NCBI RefSeq assembly: GCF_004010195.1
Contig: NC_057757.1
Coordinates: 7,276,610 to 7,340,609 of the forward strand
From: Chiloscyllium plagiosum
Taxonomy: Eukaryota
Reading direction: 5' to 3'
Length of the DNA stretch: 64,000 nt
The notes beneath the pieces were generated by a model. That model had not been told where the DNA came from and did no database searches. It saw only the letters and a list, made by a program, of their open reading frames with translations. The position numbers and the translations under genes were made by a program. Shown here piece after piece: positions 48,852 to 61,940 of the stretch. Position 1 is the stretch's first letter. Each line of letters starts with the position of its first letter.

Positions 48852-50207
48852 TGAGGGAAATGGTGGAGGATAATCCTTCAAATGCAGAAGGGTGGGAATT
48901 GAGAATGAAGGTGATCTTATCATTGTCCTGAGAAGGTGGGAAATAGATTGGGTATAGCTGTCAGCCATGGTAGGGAGAGTTCTCAATTGAAGATAATGGA
49001 GAACATTTTGGAGGCACTCTGTGAAAGATAGCAGCTCAGGAACATTAGGGTTAGGAGCACGAGTATGCCATTCTGCCCCTTGAGCCTGCTCTCCCATTCA
49101 ATACAATCATGTCTGATCTTATCTCGGCCTCAACTCCACTTTCTTACCCACTCCCTATAACCCTTCAACACCTTTCTAATTAAAAATCTGTGAATCTACA
49201 GCTTAAGTCTATTCAACGTCCCGACATCCACAGCAATCTCGGGTAGTGAATTCCACAGATGAACAGATGGGTTCAAGATGGAGAAATGTGGAGAATGGGG
49301 AATGGAGTCCTTCCAGGAAGCAGGATGTGAGGAAGTGTAATCAAGATAATTGGTCAGTTTGTAGTGGATGTTAGTGGATAGTCCATCACCAGAAATAGAA
49401 GCAGAGACATCAAAGGAAGGAATGGAAGAGTTAAAGATAGACCAGCTGATGATGGGTGTAGGGTGAGAATTCGATGAGAGGAACAAGCAGCATTGATCTT
49501 GCTAAGGCATCAAATGATCAAATATGGCTAAGAATAAAATGGAACTGGAGATCAGGACAACTTAGAGAAAGTATGAGGTTGTGCTGATGGATGTGGTAGC
49601 AACAGCTGCCTGAGGACCATTGCACATCACAGAAGTCCCTGTAATTCTGGGCGGATTCATGAAGAATGGAATCTATTGGAACCCACATGGGGTAAGATGG
49701 AGTTGACACAGCCACTAAGGAACAAGCATCCACCATGAATGTGAGTTTTGGTTGAGCCTTTGGATTCCTAATCAATGACACCACACTCATATTTCTCTTT
49801 TATTTTAGAAATTATGGCCTGTCAACTGTTACTTTCTTTTTGCAACCTATTTGCCTATCTCCTTAACTCCTTGCACTTGTTACCCAGCTGGGAAGCATAG
49901 CCATATGCTTAGTACAGCAACAAGTGCACCAATGTACCTCAACCAAATCTATGGCCACTTCTGTCTAGAAGGACAAGAGCAGCAATACATGAGAACACTA
50001 CAACCTCCAAGTTCCCCACCTGACTTGGAAATATTTGCCACTCCTTCACTGCCACTTGGTCAAAATCCTGGAATTCCCTCCGTCGTGATATTATGGGATA
50101 ACCCACAGGTGGACTGCTGTAGTTTAAGAAGGCAGCTCATCACCATCTTCTCAAGGGCAATGAGGGATGAACAATAACTGCTGGCCCACCAGCGATGCCC
50201 ACATTCC

Positions 50208-51140
50208 AGTTGTATAGCACAGAAACAGAACCTTCAGTCCAACTCACACATGCCAATCAGATATCCTGTTTTAATCTAGTTCCATTTGCTAGCATTTGGT
50301 CCATATCCCTCTCAACCTTTCCTTTCCATGTACCCAACCAGATGCCTTTCAAATATTGTAATTGTGCCAGCCTCCCACTTGCTCTTGGTGTTCACTCCAC
50401 ACATGCACCACCCTCTGTGCGAAAAGTTGCCACTTAGGTCCCTTTAAATCTTTTAAATCTATGCCCTGTAGTTCTGGGCTTCCCATCCTGGGGGAAAAAA
50501 GACCTTGGCTATTCATCCTATCCATGCCCCACATGATTTTATAAACCTCCAAAAAGTCACCTCTCAGCTTCAGATGAGAAAACAGCTCCAGCCTATTTAG
50601 CCTCTCCCAAGAGCTCAAAATCTCCAACTGCAGCAACATCCTTGTACTATTTTTTGAACCCTTTCAATTTAACATCTTTCCTAAAGCAGGGAGACCAGAA
50701 TTGAATGTAGTATTCCAAAAGTGGTGTAAGTAATGTCTTGTACTGCTGAAACATGACATCCCAACTCCTATACTCAATGCACTGACCAACAAAGGCATGT
50801 ATAACCAAATGTCTTCTTCATTACCCTGTCTACCTGTGACTGCACTTTGACAGAACCATGAATCTGCACTCCAAGGTATCTTTATTTATGAATACTCCCC
50901 AGGACCTATCATTAAGTATATAAATTCTGCCCTGATTTGCCTTACCAAAATGCAACACCTCACATTTATCTAAATTAAACTCCATCTGCCACTCCCCAGC
51001 CTGTCTGATCAAGGTCCTGTTGTAATCTGAGACAATCTTCTTCGCTGTCCACTATTTAACCAATGTTTGGTGTTATCTTCAAACTTACTAACCATTCTTC
51101 CTACATTCACACCCAAATCATTTCTATAAATGACAAAAAC
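50208..51140 (-). mobile_element. CR1 LINE RT and 3' fragment
   Basis: WQMEFNLDKCEVLHFGKAN..RLNRLELFS..VYKIM. Confidence 0.85.
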
Positions 51141-52194
51141 GTAATCATAATGCCCAGGTAGTTCAGCATGAGACTTTTACTTATTAGATTTTCAATCAAT
51201 AGGGCAATCAAGAGTTACGGGGGAAGAGGACAGGAATGGAGCGTCAGCCATGGAGGGTCAGCCATGGTCCTACTGAATTTTGGAATTGGCTCAAGGGGCC
51301 AAATGGCCCTCCTTTATTCCTTCCGGTCTTAATTTTGACTTGCTCAACCTCTTTAGAAAGCCTATCCAGGATCTATGAGTACGTCTTCTGTATCTCCCAG
51401 GATATTACTCTCTCCTGTTCTATCAGACTATTCATCAACCTTTGTCTCTAAATGCCAAACTCGTGAGGTACTCCTGACTTTGCTGAGGAAATTCTCCACG
51501 TTTCTAACTAATACAGCTGTTTCTCTAACTACATAACCCCCACTCTGATACCACTGCAAGTTTGATTTGGTAAACACATAATAATTAAAAAAAGGTCAAA
51601 GACATACTTGATTTAAGGCAATTTATTAAGAAGCAACAGTTTCGTTTGTTATAAAGCTAATAGACATATGATCAGGACAGGTGAGAATAGATGACTGATC
51701 CCAGAGTAGATAAACAGAAGAGAGATAAAATAAAACAGATAAACAGGAGAATGGATCTCAGTGGCCACAGCCACCTCAGAATTTTTACTAGCTCTTGGGT
51801 TGGTCAAATGGACAAGCAAATAAAGGGTAAACCTGGCAGATTCTGGAATTCTGAAACAAACACAGAGAATGCTGGAGAAAGTCAGCAGATCTGGCATCCA
51901 TGGAGAGAGAAATGGAGTCAGCGTTTCGAGCCCGGTATGACTTTCCTTCAGAACTGAGATGGATGGATAGCACTAAAGCCTTCTGTTTACTTTAGTAATT
52001 TGGAACTTGCCAAATTGTTAGGCTGAAGACAGCATGGATCCTTCTGGCCAAAATTCGCTGAAAACAAATATGGTGTTAAGTCAGAGCCAGCAGCACCCAA
52101 TTGAAAAAAAACCATGTGCTGCCTGGAGTGGCTTATTGCCACTCGAGAGATCAGTTGTATATCTTATTTCGGTACGACGGGTTGGAGAATTTAT

Positions 52195-52528
52195 AGAATG
52201 TATGGAAACAGGCCCTTCGGCCCAACAAGTTCACACCAACACTCCGAAGAGTAACCCACCCAGACCCATTTCCCCTACCCTATTATCCTGTATTTATTCC
52301 TGTCTAATGCACTTAACCTACACATCCCTGAACACTACGGGCAATTTAGCGTGGCCAACTCATTTAACCTGCACATCTTTGGGCTGTGGGAGGAAACCAA
52401 AGCACCCATAAGAAACCCATGCAGACACAGGGAGAATGTGCCAACTTCACACAGACAGTGGTTCGAGGCTGGAATCGAACCTGGGTCCTGGCACTATGAT
52501 GCATCAGTGCTAACCACTGCGCTGCCCA
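52195..52528 (-). mobile_element. V-domain SINE (HE1-like)
   Basis: Reverse complement of the SINE head and V domain. Confidence 0.85.
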
Positions 52529-53259
52529 CAGGCAACCTCTTCTTTGGTTTTCAATTAACAGAGACAGATGTCCAAGGTAATTGCATTCTCTAAAAGTCCA
52601 CAAAGTCAATCCATGATTCCTTGCTTGCTAACATTCACCCAACTATTAGTTTACAAGACACCACCCTCTCCCACTCCACCCCCTTATTGAGTTGAGGAAG
52701 GTTGTGCTTCAGAGCCTGTGTCAGAAAAATATCTTAGGCTGAGATAACAGAGCCTGGGCTGCCCTGTTGTCAAAATGGAAAGAGAAAGAGAGAGGGAGAT
52801 GCAGAGAGAGAGAACACAAGAGAAAGAAGAAGAAATGGAGAAAGAGAGATGGAGAGAGTAAGAGAGCAAAAGATGTCCAATGTGATGTTCAGTGACCTCA
52901 ATGACTTGGATGTCAACAGTGACCTGGTGGACACTGAAAGACTTGGCAGTTGGATCGCCAACTAAGAAGCTCAACTTCGATCAGGGTACATGTTGCTCTA
53001 CGGTGGTGGGGGATGGCGGGCTGGGAGATGTGGAGGGTGGGCTGGATTGGGAGACTATGGGAAAGGATGGGGCCAGGGGCATGTGTGGTCAGAATGCGGA
53101 GAGGGAGTGGGTGGTAGGAGTTATTGGATAAATTGGAAAAGGAAGACAGAGTCACATTTCACTACAACGAGTGTCCAAATTGAGGTGAACATGATAATGA
53201 ATTCCTTTCTGCAAGAAACTTTGATATATATTACATAATACGTTATATACACACACACA

Positions 53260-53855
53260 CTATACCTTTTGAGTATAAGAGTTGGGACGTTATGTTGAGG
53301 TTGTACAGGACATTGGTGAGGCCTCTTCTGGAGAACTGTGTCCGGTTCTGGTCTCCGTGTTACAGGATGCGTATTATTAAGCTAGCGAGGCTTCAGAAGA
53401 GATTTACCAGGATGTTACATGGAATAGAGGGTTTAAGTTATAACAAAAGGCTGGGACCTTTTTAACTGAAGCATTGGATGTTGAGGGGTAGCCTTATAGA
53501 GGTTTATAAAATCATGGGGAATAGAGATAAGGCAGGTGTCTTTTCCCTAGGATGGGAGATTTCAAGACTAGCGAGCATATTTTTCGAGTGAGAGGAGAAA
53601 GAATTTAAAAAGACATGGGGCAATTTGTTTTACACTTCGAATGGTCATGCGTGGAATGAATTGCCAGAGGAAATGGTGGATGAAGGTACAGTTACAAAGT
53701 TTAAAAGGCATTTGGTTAAGTACATGACGAAGAAATGTTTGGAGGGATATGGGTCAAATGCAGGCAGGTGGGACTAGTTTAGTTTGGATTATGGTCGGCA
53801 TAGACTGGTTGGACCAAAGGGTCTGTTTTCATGCTGTATGACACTACGACTCTAT
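53260..53855 (+). mobile_element. CR1 LINE 3' fragment followed by a GA-rich tract (to about 54197)
   Basis: SWDVMLRLYRTLVRPLLENCVRFWSP and a CR1 tail. Confidence 0.85.
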
Positions 53856-54807
53856 GAGTGAGAGATTGAGAGAGAAAGCGAGTAAGTGAAAGATGAAGAG
53901 AGAGAACGTGAGAGAGTAAGAGATGGAAAGTGTGACACAGATAAAAAGAGAATGAGATACAGACAGAATGAGATGGAGAGTGAGAGACAGAGTTGAGAGA
54001 GAGAAAACAAGAGATGCAGAAAGAGAGATAGAGTTAGAGATGGAGAGAGTGAGAGATGGATAGACAGTGTGAGATAGAGTATGTGAGATGGAGAGAGAGT
54101 GAGATAGAGAGGGGACAGCGAGATAGATAGTGCAAGAGATGGACAGAGTGAGAGACAGTGAGATAGATAGACAGCTTGAGATAGGGAAAGAGAGAGAAAA
54201 CACTCTTTTAAGATTCAGTAAATCTATCAATATCTATGCAGTTCTTTCAATCGCATGTTCTGTCTCTCTTGCAGATAATTTGGAATCTGACAATGCTGGC
54301 ATATGTTATCAGAGATGTTGCTGCAATTACCTGTCAAGTCTGTGACATTGTGCCAATTCTTGGAAAAGCGCTAAAATAAAGTTTGCAACGTTCATGCTGT
54401 CTGTGGTCATGGAGCTTGGTGGGATGCACCAAATCAGAAAACAAACCATTACAAATGAGACAAGTGGTGTTGGCTCATTTGTCTGAAATGAAGATGACCA
54501 TCCCCATTGTGGTCTGACTCGAGTACAAATAAACCTATCAGCAAACACCAGAACTGAACCCATTTGAAATCTGGGGACTGCTTGCAGTTATCAAGTAAAT
54601 TAAACAAGATAGTTTTCCTTTTGATTTGACAGCCCTCAGGAAAATAAAATGACTCTTACTTACTTTACAGCAATTTCTTACAAATGTCACTTCCTTTTAT
54701 CCTTTCATCGGATCACTGGCAAGCCAACATTTGTTGTCGATACCTGATTGCCTTGGAACGGAGTAACTCACTGAGCCATTTCAGAGGACAGTTCAATCCA
54801 TATCCGT

Positions 54808-55138
54808 AATTAGATTACATGATTAGATTAGATTACATTACAGTGTGGAAACAGGCCCTTCGGCCCAACAAGTCCACACCGACCCGCCGAAGCGAAACCC
54901 ACCCATACCCCTATATTTACCCCTTACCTAACACTACGGGCAATTTAGCATGGCCAATTCACCTGACCCTGCACATCTTTTGGACTGTGGGAGGAAACCG
55001 GAGCACCCGGAGGAAACCCACGCAGACACGGGGAGAACGTGCAAACTCCACACAGTCAGTCGCCTGAGGCGGGAATTGAACCCGGGTCTCAGGCGCTGTG
55101 AGGCAGCAGTGCTAACCACTGTGCCACCGTGCCGCCCA
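54808..55138 (-). mobile_element. V-domain SINE (HE1-like), well conserved
   Basis: Complete head, CpGs retained, and an (AATCT)n-type tail. Confidence 0.9.
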
Positions 55139-55919
55139 CTTAGGTGGCCAACTTAGGTGTAGGCCAAACTGGGTAATATTGAGAGATTTCCTTCCCTAAT
55201 GAGCATTAGTGAATCAGGAAGGTTTTTACAATCAACTATAATTTTGGGGCCACCATTACAGAGACTACCATTTTATTCCATGCCTATTAATCAAATTAAA
55301 ATTAGTCATTCGGTACCGTTTCTTTTAGAAAATCCAGTTATTTACTTACATACACTGTTTTCCAATCTCCCAGGATACTTCTCTCCTTCCACTATTCACC
55401 TACTTCCCTCTTTCAAAGCTGGACATTAGACGTGTTGTGAAATTTCACAGAAATGTAAAATTTGTACTGTATTCCAGCCCAATATGTCATAACCTTCCTG
55501 GTTAATGTTCAGAAACACCAGTCAGGTGGATATATTTGGAGCAGCAATTTCTAGCATAATTTCATACAATATCTAGGGAGTGGAAATATTTTCTGGATAA
55601 TTATTCACTTCATAAAGTATTACCTGTTTTGTGTTTCAGGTAAAGATTTATTCTAGTGCTTACTGGTCCATTCACTTGCGGTTGTGTGTTCCAAAGTTAT
55701 TCCATAATTCAGTAAATTCTAAAAGCCAGAAAACCAAAGCATTATGAATCGCATAAGTTACATGGCATAGGAATTCTTAACGCCAGCAGAAATCCAAACT
55801 TTCAGAGTAAATGCAAATTATTCCATATGTCTTTAACAGTACCAACAACAAACATTTCCAACTCTTGCAGTCACTTGCAAACCAGCTGATATTTCAGCAG
55901 AAGGATCGCGTGAACCCCT

Positions 55920-56705
55920 TCACACAATGCATCTGAACAACCTCTGCCCATTGTGTACCCTTTGATGTGTCAGTAGACTAGATGACTGAGTGAATCCTTT
56001 CCCACACATGGGGCAAGTGAATGGCCTTTCCCCAGTATGAACGCGCTGGTGAGTCAGCAGATTGGATGAATTTCTGAATCGCTTCCCACACACGGAGCAG
56101 GTGAACGGCCTTTCCCCCGTGTGAACACGCCGGTGAGTCATCAGGCTGGACGACTGAGTGAATCCCTTCCCACACACGGGGCAGGTGAACGGCCTCTCCC
56201 CAGTGTGAACTCGTTGGTGAGTCATAAGGTTGGATGAATTAGTGAATCCCTTCCCACACACCGAGCAAGTGAATGGCCTCTCCCCAGTATGAAGGCGCCG
56301 GTGTGTCAGCAGGCTGGACGACTGTGTGAATCCCTTCCCGCACACGGAGCAGGTGAACGGTCTCTCTCCAGTGTGAACTCGCTGGTGTAAGAGTAAGTTG
56401 GATGAATTAGTGAATCTCTTCCCACACACTGAGCAGGTGAACGGCTTCTCCCCAGTGTGAACGCGCTGGTGTGTCTGCAGGCTGGATGACTGTGAAAATC
56501 CCTTCCTGCACACGGAACAGGTAAATGGCCTCTCTCCAGTGTGAACTCGCTGGTGTAACATCAGGTTGGATGACTGAGCAAACTCTTTGTCACACACTGA
56601 ACAGGTTAACGGTTTCTCCCCATTGTGATCAGTTTGATAAATATCCAGCTCATAAGAGGTAAGTACTCTCTTCTCACAGTCCCCAAATTTCTCTGGTGTT
56701 TCCAT
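55920..56705 (-). CDS. Tandem C2H2 zinc-finger protein (8 intact fingers, 261 aa from the first ATG)
   Basis: Eight CxxC-x12-HxxxH units with TGE(R/K)PF linkers and degenerate fingers on both sides. The ORF-track start at 56732 is GTG; the first ATG is at 56705. A likely acceptor tgctttccag lies at 57045/57044. Confidence 0.9.
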   Translation of the reverse strand: METPEKFGDCEKRVLTSYELDIYQTDHNGEKPLTCSVCDKEFAQSSNLMLHQRVHTGERPFTCSVCRKGFSQSSSLQTHQRVHTGEKPFTCSVCGKRFTNSSNLLLHQRVHTGERPFTCSVCGKGFTQSSSLLTHRRLHTGERPFTCSVCGKGFTNSSNLMTHQRVHTGERPFTCPVCGKGFTQSSSLMTHRRVHTGERPFTCSVCGKRFRNSSNLLTHQRVHTGERPFTCPMCGKGFTQSSSLLTHQRVHNGQRLFRCIV

Positions 56706-58146
56706 GATGCCAGTGTCCTTGTGTTCCTCCACTTAGTACAATCAATTGAAACCCTGGGTCCACACACAGAATATGCACACAGGTTCCCTAAGCTGTGACA
56801 AATGCAAAGTATTTTTTTCAGGCTGCATCACAGGTTTAAGTTATTTCCAGTCATTACAAGGGAGCAGTCTCATTCAAGTGCTTGTGTCTTGATGCCCTTC
56901 CAGCCATATGGACGTTTAAAACCAGAAAAAGACTTCTTATGCACCAAAAGGCCAAGATACTCAGGCCCTGATGAATTGCAAGACTTTCAGATTCCATTCC
57001 ATATTTGGCACGTGCTCCTCAATTCTCAATCCCATCTGAATGCCCTGGAAAGCAAGTGTATAAAAGTCAGCATTGTAAGCACAAAGGGTAGAAATTCAAG
57101 GCAGGACTGATTTTAATAGTACACTGGTTCCTTCTTGATCCCCTAATATTTTAAACCCTGTGAGTTTTCTTTATTGTGTAAGGCAGTTGAACGGTTTAAC
57201 TTACATCATGAGACAATCTCCATCCATCCGGATAGAAATTACCGTGCCTGCGAGGGACTCACCTGCTTAAATTGTTTTACTATTAAATCCATGCAGCTAC
57301 GTAGTAATATGTACTCAATCGAAAGCCGAGCTTGACAACATACACAGACTAGGTGAAAGTGAGGAATGCAGACACTGGAAATCACAGTCAAGATTAGAGG
57401 GGTGTAAGAAAAGGGCTTTTGCCGGAAACGTCGATTTTCCTGCTCCTCAGATGCTGCCTGACCTGCTGTGCTTTTCCAGCACCACTCTAATCATGTGACT
57501 CAGATGTAGCGTAACTGGCCATTAAATACTATATCACAGACCCATTCTGTTCACGGAGACTAAGTTTCTCTTTTGCAAAAGACTTTGTATGAGCATCCTT
57601 CCTGCTTAATATCAGTAACTTAGGCTAAAAGGTAAAATCACCATTGTCACACCAGAGCATAGGGCTGCTCTCTTATTATAGAGAATCAACCTAGTTTAAC
57701 CTGAGGGTCCCACAAAGCTTTAGCTATGAGGTGAGGCTGTGTGAGCTTGGTTTGTTTTCCTGAGAAGGCCTGACAGAGATGCACAAATCAATGATTCGCA
57801 TGCACAAAATGAATATAAATCAAGAGTGTGGTGCTGGAAAAACACAGCAGTTCAGGCAGCATCTGAGAAGCAGGAAAATCAATGTTTCGGGCAAAAGCCA
57901 TTCATCAGGAATGCCCGAAATGCCGATTTTCCTGCTCCTCGGATACTGCCTGGCCTGCTGTGTTTTTCCAGCACCACACTCTCGACTCTCATCTCCAGCA
58001 TCAGCAGTCCTCACGTTCACCAGGAAGCAGCTGTTCCCCTGCAGTCAAGAAGAAGGGGGCATAATTGTAAAGGCAAAGCAAGAAGTTCAGAGGGGATTCA
58101 TGGAAAGGTCGTTTCACCCAGCCGGTAGTCAGGACCTGGAATGCAC

Positions 58147-58313
58147 AGTTGAAAAGTGTGGTGCTGGAAAAACACAGCAGGCCAGGCAGCATCCGAGGAG
58201 CAGGAGAATCGACGTTTCGGGCATAAGAAGGGGTTATGCCCGAAACGTCGATTCTCCTGCTCCTCGGATGCTGCCTGGCCTGCTGTGTTTTTCCAGCACC
58301 ACACTTTTCAACT
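58147..58313. repeat. Perfect 80-bp inverted repeat (7-nt loop) derived from a Penelope-like terminal repeat
   Basis: 58147-58226 is the exact reverse complement of 58234-58313. Confidence 0.95.
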
Positions 58314-58524
58314 CTGGTCTCCAGCATCTGCAGTCCTCACTTTCACCTGCATTGCACAGCCTGGGAGGGGAGATGAGATGCTTAACTTCACAACCTTTTG
58401 AAAAAACACTTGGATGAGCACCTTGAAGTGCCATAACATTCAGGGTTGTGGGCCTGGTACAAACTTGATGGGCCGAAGGGCCTCTTGTGCACTGCATGCT
58501 TTCTGTGAAATGCAGGGTCCCAGG

Positions 58525-58900
58525 ATGGGTCCGCCCACCCGATGATGTCAGCGTCGCGGCTCCGCGCATGCGCCGCCCCCTCGACGGCCCGGAGGGCCCG
58601 CTCCAGCGATCCGGTAACCCAAGACGCCAGTCTGTTAACCACAGGCTGGGCGGACACGGGAAAACCACGCCGCTTCGACCAAGGATCCTTAGAAAATCCT
58701 TAACCGAGACTTACAGAGCATTAGGCACCACCAAACCTACTCTGTTACTCGGCGACGTGCGGCCTGCCTTTCGAACCGTCTCCGGCAACCTCACGACCCG
58801 GGTCGATGTGAGTGCGCATGCTCCAGGTTGCCAGAACCGCGCCTGCGCCCCACTCCTCCCGCTTTGTGAATAGAGCACTTTCCTTACCGCGCGGCATGCT
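58525..58900. promoter_or_regulatory. CpG island, probable promoter/first-exon region of the ZNF gene
   Basis: CpG-dense. NRF1-type GCGCATGCGC at 58564-58573 with variants at 58813-58822 and 58839-58848. Minus-strand donor-like GCG|GTAAGG at 58888/58887 and CAG|GTGAGT at 57263/57262. Confidence 0.75.
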
Positions 58901-59107
58901 GGGCAATAGTTTTACCCTTGAAGGTACATTCGCTGTTCTATCATCCGAATGAGATAGAATTAATTTCTGTTTTTTTAAAAAAAAAGTACACAAGAACCGA
59001 CATGATTAGGTTAGGCGCGAGTTGCTTTGAGGAAACGTGGCAAGCTGAAAACCGTCGGACGTTTCCTTTCTGTGAATTTCCATTTCCACCTCCCCTGGCA
59101 AAACTAT

Positions 59108-59142
59108 CACCCGATGAAGGAGCGTCGCTCCGAAAGCTAGTG
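59108..59142 (+). ncRNA. Minimal hammerhead motif (second family) with one core substitution
   Basis: CAC-CCGAUGA-A-GGAGC(GUC)GCUCC-GAAA-GCUA-GUG; U4 is changed to C relative to the CUGAUGA in the 2872-2880 copy. Confidence 0.55.
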
Positions 59143-61342
59143 CTTCCAATTAAACCTGTTGGACTATAACCTGGTGTTCTGCGATTTTTAACTTGGCAAA
59201 ACTCAGGTGCCTGGTCACCCAAATGTAGCAGGTGATTCTCCTCACCCGACCCCATGGAATGCCATGTGACAGTGACCGGGAATGGAGGGATCGATGACCA
59301 GATGTAAGGTCAGGGGGAGAAAATTTAACAGAGACGCGGAGAAATATTTTCACCTAGAGTCTGGTGTGAATCTGGAAGGGTGGTAGAGGCAAAAACTTTT
59401 ATAACATTTCAGAACTGTTTAGATGTACACTTATGTTGCTAAAGTTTACATGACTATGGAAAATGCTGGAAAATGAAGTTAGAATAATTAGGTGCTTGTT
59501 TTTGACTAACATGATGTGATGGATTAAAGGACTTTTTCTGTACTGTGGGTTTTTATGGCCAGATAATCTGTCCTTGTGTTGATTGAGCCCTTTATGAATT
59601 CCTGTGGACATGGCACAGAATTTTTAAAAATGATAGTTTGGTTTTATATATGGAGAGAGGAGCTTGCACTGTCTCAGTAGTCACCAGAGGTTTTCTCTGA
59701 TTAGAGTGGTGCTGGAAAAGCACAGCCGGTCAGGTAACATCCGAGGATCAGGAAGATCGATGTTTTGGGCAAAAGCCATTCATCAGGAAGGGCTTCATCA
59801 GCTTTTGCCCGAAACGTTGATTTTCCTGCTCCTCTGATGCTGCTTTTTCAGCACCACTCTAATCTAGACTTTGATCTCCAGCATCTGCAGTCCTTGCTTT
59901 TGCCTAGTTTTCTCTGATTAGGCCACAAATTCTATCAGTATCAGAATCTATTGCATTGGTTGATAAAAGGAAACCCAATAGCTTTTGTAAAAACAAGACA
60001 CAATTCCTCACAAGACAGTCAAGTCCCTGGCAGCAAGTTACATCTTTTTTTTAAAAATGGAAATAACTGTGCATGTTGGATATCAGAATTAAAAAGAAGA
60101 ATTGCTGGAAAAGCCCAGCAGAACTAGAGTTCTGAGCAAGGATCACTGGACATGAAATGTTAAATCTGAATTCTCTCCACAGATGTTGCAGACCTGCTGA
60201 AATTTTTCCAGCAATTTCTGTTTATATTACATATTTAGTTCTGCTGTTATTCAACCTATGCTCTTAACATTGGATCATTACAAAAGTGGACTAATACTTG
60301 GAACTCTGTAAACTTTACAGACACTTTAGACACCGACATTTGATAAGTTTAAATAATCTGTTTCCATGGCAGTTGATGCTGACATTATGGATTACATTGT
60401 TCCACATTCCCCAATCATTCAGATTTTACCAAACTACACTTACCTGTGACAGAAAATGATGGGAACACTTAGCAGGTCTGGCAACATCTATGGAGAGATA
60501 AACAGTCAATACATTAGGTTAATGATCTTTCAAAAGAAGTTAGGATAATAATAGATTTTGAGCAAGGGATGTGTGGGATCAGGACAAAAGGAAGCTCTAT
60601 GATAGGGTGAAGACAGGAGAGATCAAATGGCAGAAGAGTTGGTGTTAGATCATAAAACATAAAAGCAGAATTTAGGCTTTTCGGTCCATTGAGTCCGTTC
60701 CATCATTGAATCATGTCTGATAAGTTTCTGAACCCTATTCTCTGCATAACCTTTAGTCTTACTCTTATAGGACCAAAGGGAATGCAGATGAAACGCACAG
60801 AAGAATCAAAGAAAGTAACAGGTGTGTCTAGAGCAGGTGTGCTGATACCAGAACACAAAAGTTCATGAAAAAAACAAAACATGCCAAGACGAGGAAATAA
60901 AACAGGGAGAACAGAGATCTGCAATTGTTGAATTCACTGATTCTGGAAAGCTGTAAAATGCCTCATTGAGAGATGCTAAAAAGCACTGACCTTTCCTAAT
61001 TTTAATGCGAAGTTTTGGATTTGAAAAATTAACTCTTATTTCTGTCTTCATGCATACAGCCTTGTCATGCTGATTATTTCCAGAGTTTTTGATTTTTTTG
61101 TTAATTTCTGATTTCTAGCATCCACAGTACTTGATTGTTGATTATTGGTTTTTCAAAGTTGTTTATATGAATTATCTGTTGAAACAGGAAGTTGTACCAT
61201 TCCTTTGATTAGCTGGTAATAGAATATCCTTGGTCAACAAAGGTACCTTGGTCCAACAAAGAAACATCACAGTAGCACAGAATAACAGCAAAACTAAATG
61301 CCGGAGGAAACATCACAGAAGCGCTTCACAGGAGGCTCCCAA

Positions 61343-61382
61343 GCACTGAGGATGTCACCTAGACAGGGGACGAAACGTCTGC
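61343..61382 (+). ncRNA. Minimal type I hammerhead ribozyme motif in a Penelope-like terminal repeat (about 61299-61420)
   Basis: GCA-CUGAGGA-U-GUCACC(UAGACA)GGGGAC-GAAA-CGUC-UGC: stem I GCA/UGC, stem II with one mismatch, palindromic ACGU stem III, GUC cleavage triplet. Confidence 0.7.
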
Positions 61383-61666
61383 AACACAAATTCCCAGCTC
61401 GGCGAACAGAACCACAACAATGTTCTCATGGAGACTGTTAAGTGACAGCTGATCCTTAGTGGCGTAGCTATTTTTGTTTTGTATTTCTGCAAGCCAAAAA
61501 TCACTAACTTCAGTCGATTTAAAGTGCAGGTCAACATCATGAATAGTATTGCAATTGACCATGGTGAGAAATGTCTACGGTGTCTGCCAGTCAGGGAGCA
61601 CCATTGAAGTAGCAAGAACTACAAAACATCAGATATAGATCAGAATGGGTCACAATGGAAGGGAAG

Positions 61667-61940
61667 GTAATGGCCTAGTGGCATCATCACTGGGCTGTTA
61701 ATCTAGACACCCAACTAATGTTCTGGGGACCTGGGTTCAAATCCTGCCATGTCAGATGGTGGATTTTGAATTCAATAAATGTCTGGAATTAGGAGTCTAA
61801 TGGTGACTATGAAACCATTGTCAATTGTTGGGAAAGCCCAGCTGATACAATAATGTCCTATCGTGAAGGTAACTGCCATCCTTACCTGGTCAGGCCTGCA
61901 TGTAACTCTAGACCCACAGCAATGTAGTTGACTCTTAACT
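61667..61940 (+). mobile_element. tRNA-derived SINE of a second family
   Basis: ggcctagtgg A-box-like and gggttcaaatcc B-box motifs. Related fragments at about 28987-29145 (plus), 18550-18716 (minus) and 11640-11790 (minus). Confidence 0.65.

Noticed and set aside
54262..54345. Acceptor-like tctctcttgcag as the missing exon 2 of the plus-strand GPCR
   Set aside because: The phase-1 translation (DNLESDNAGICYQRCCCNYLSSL*) stops early and has no GPCR similarity.
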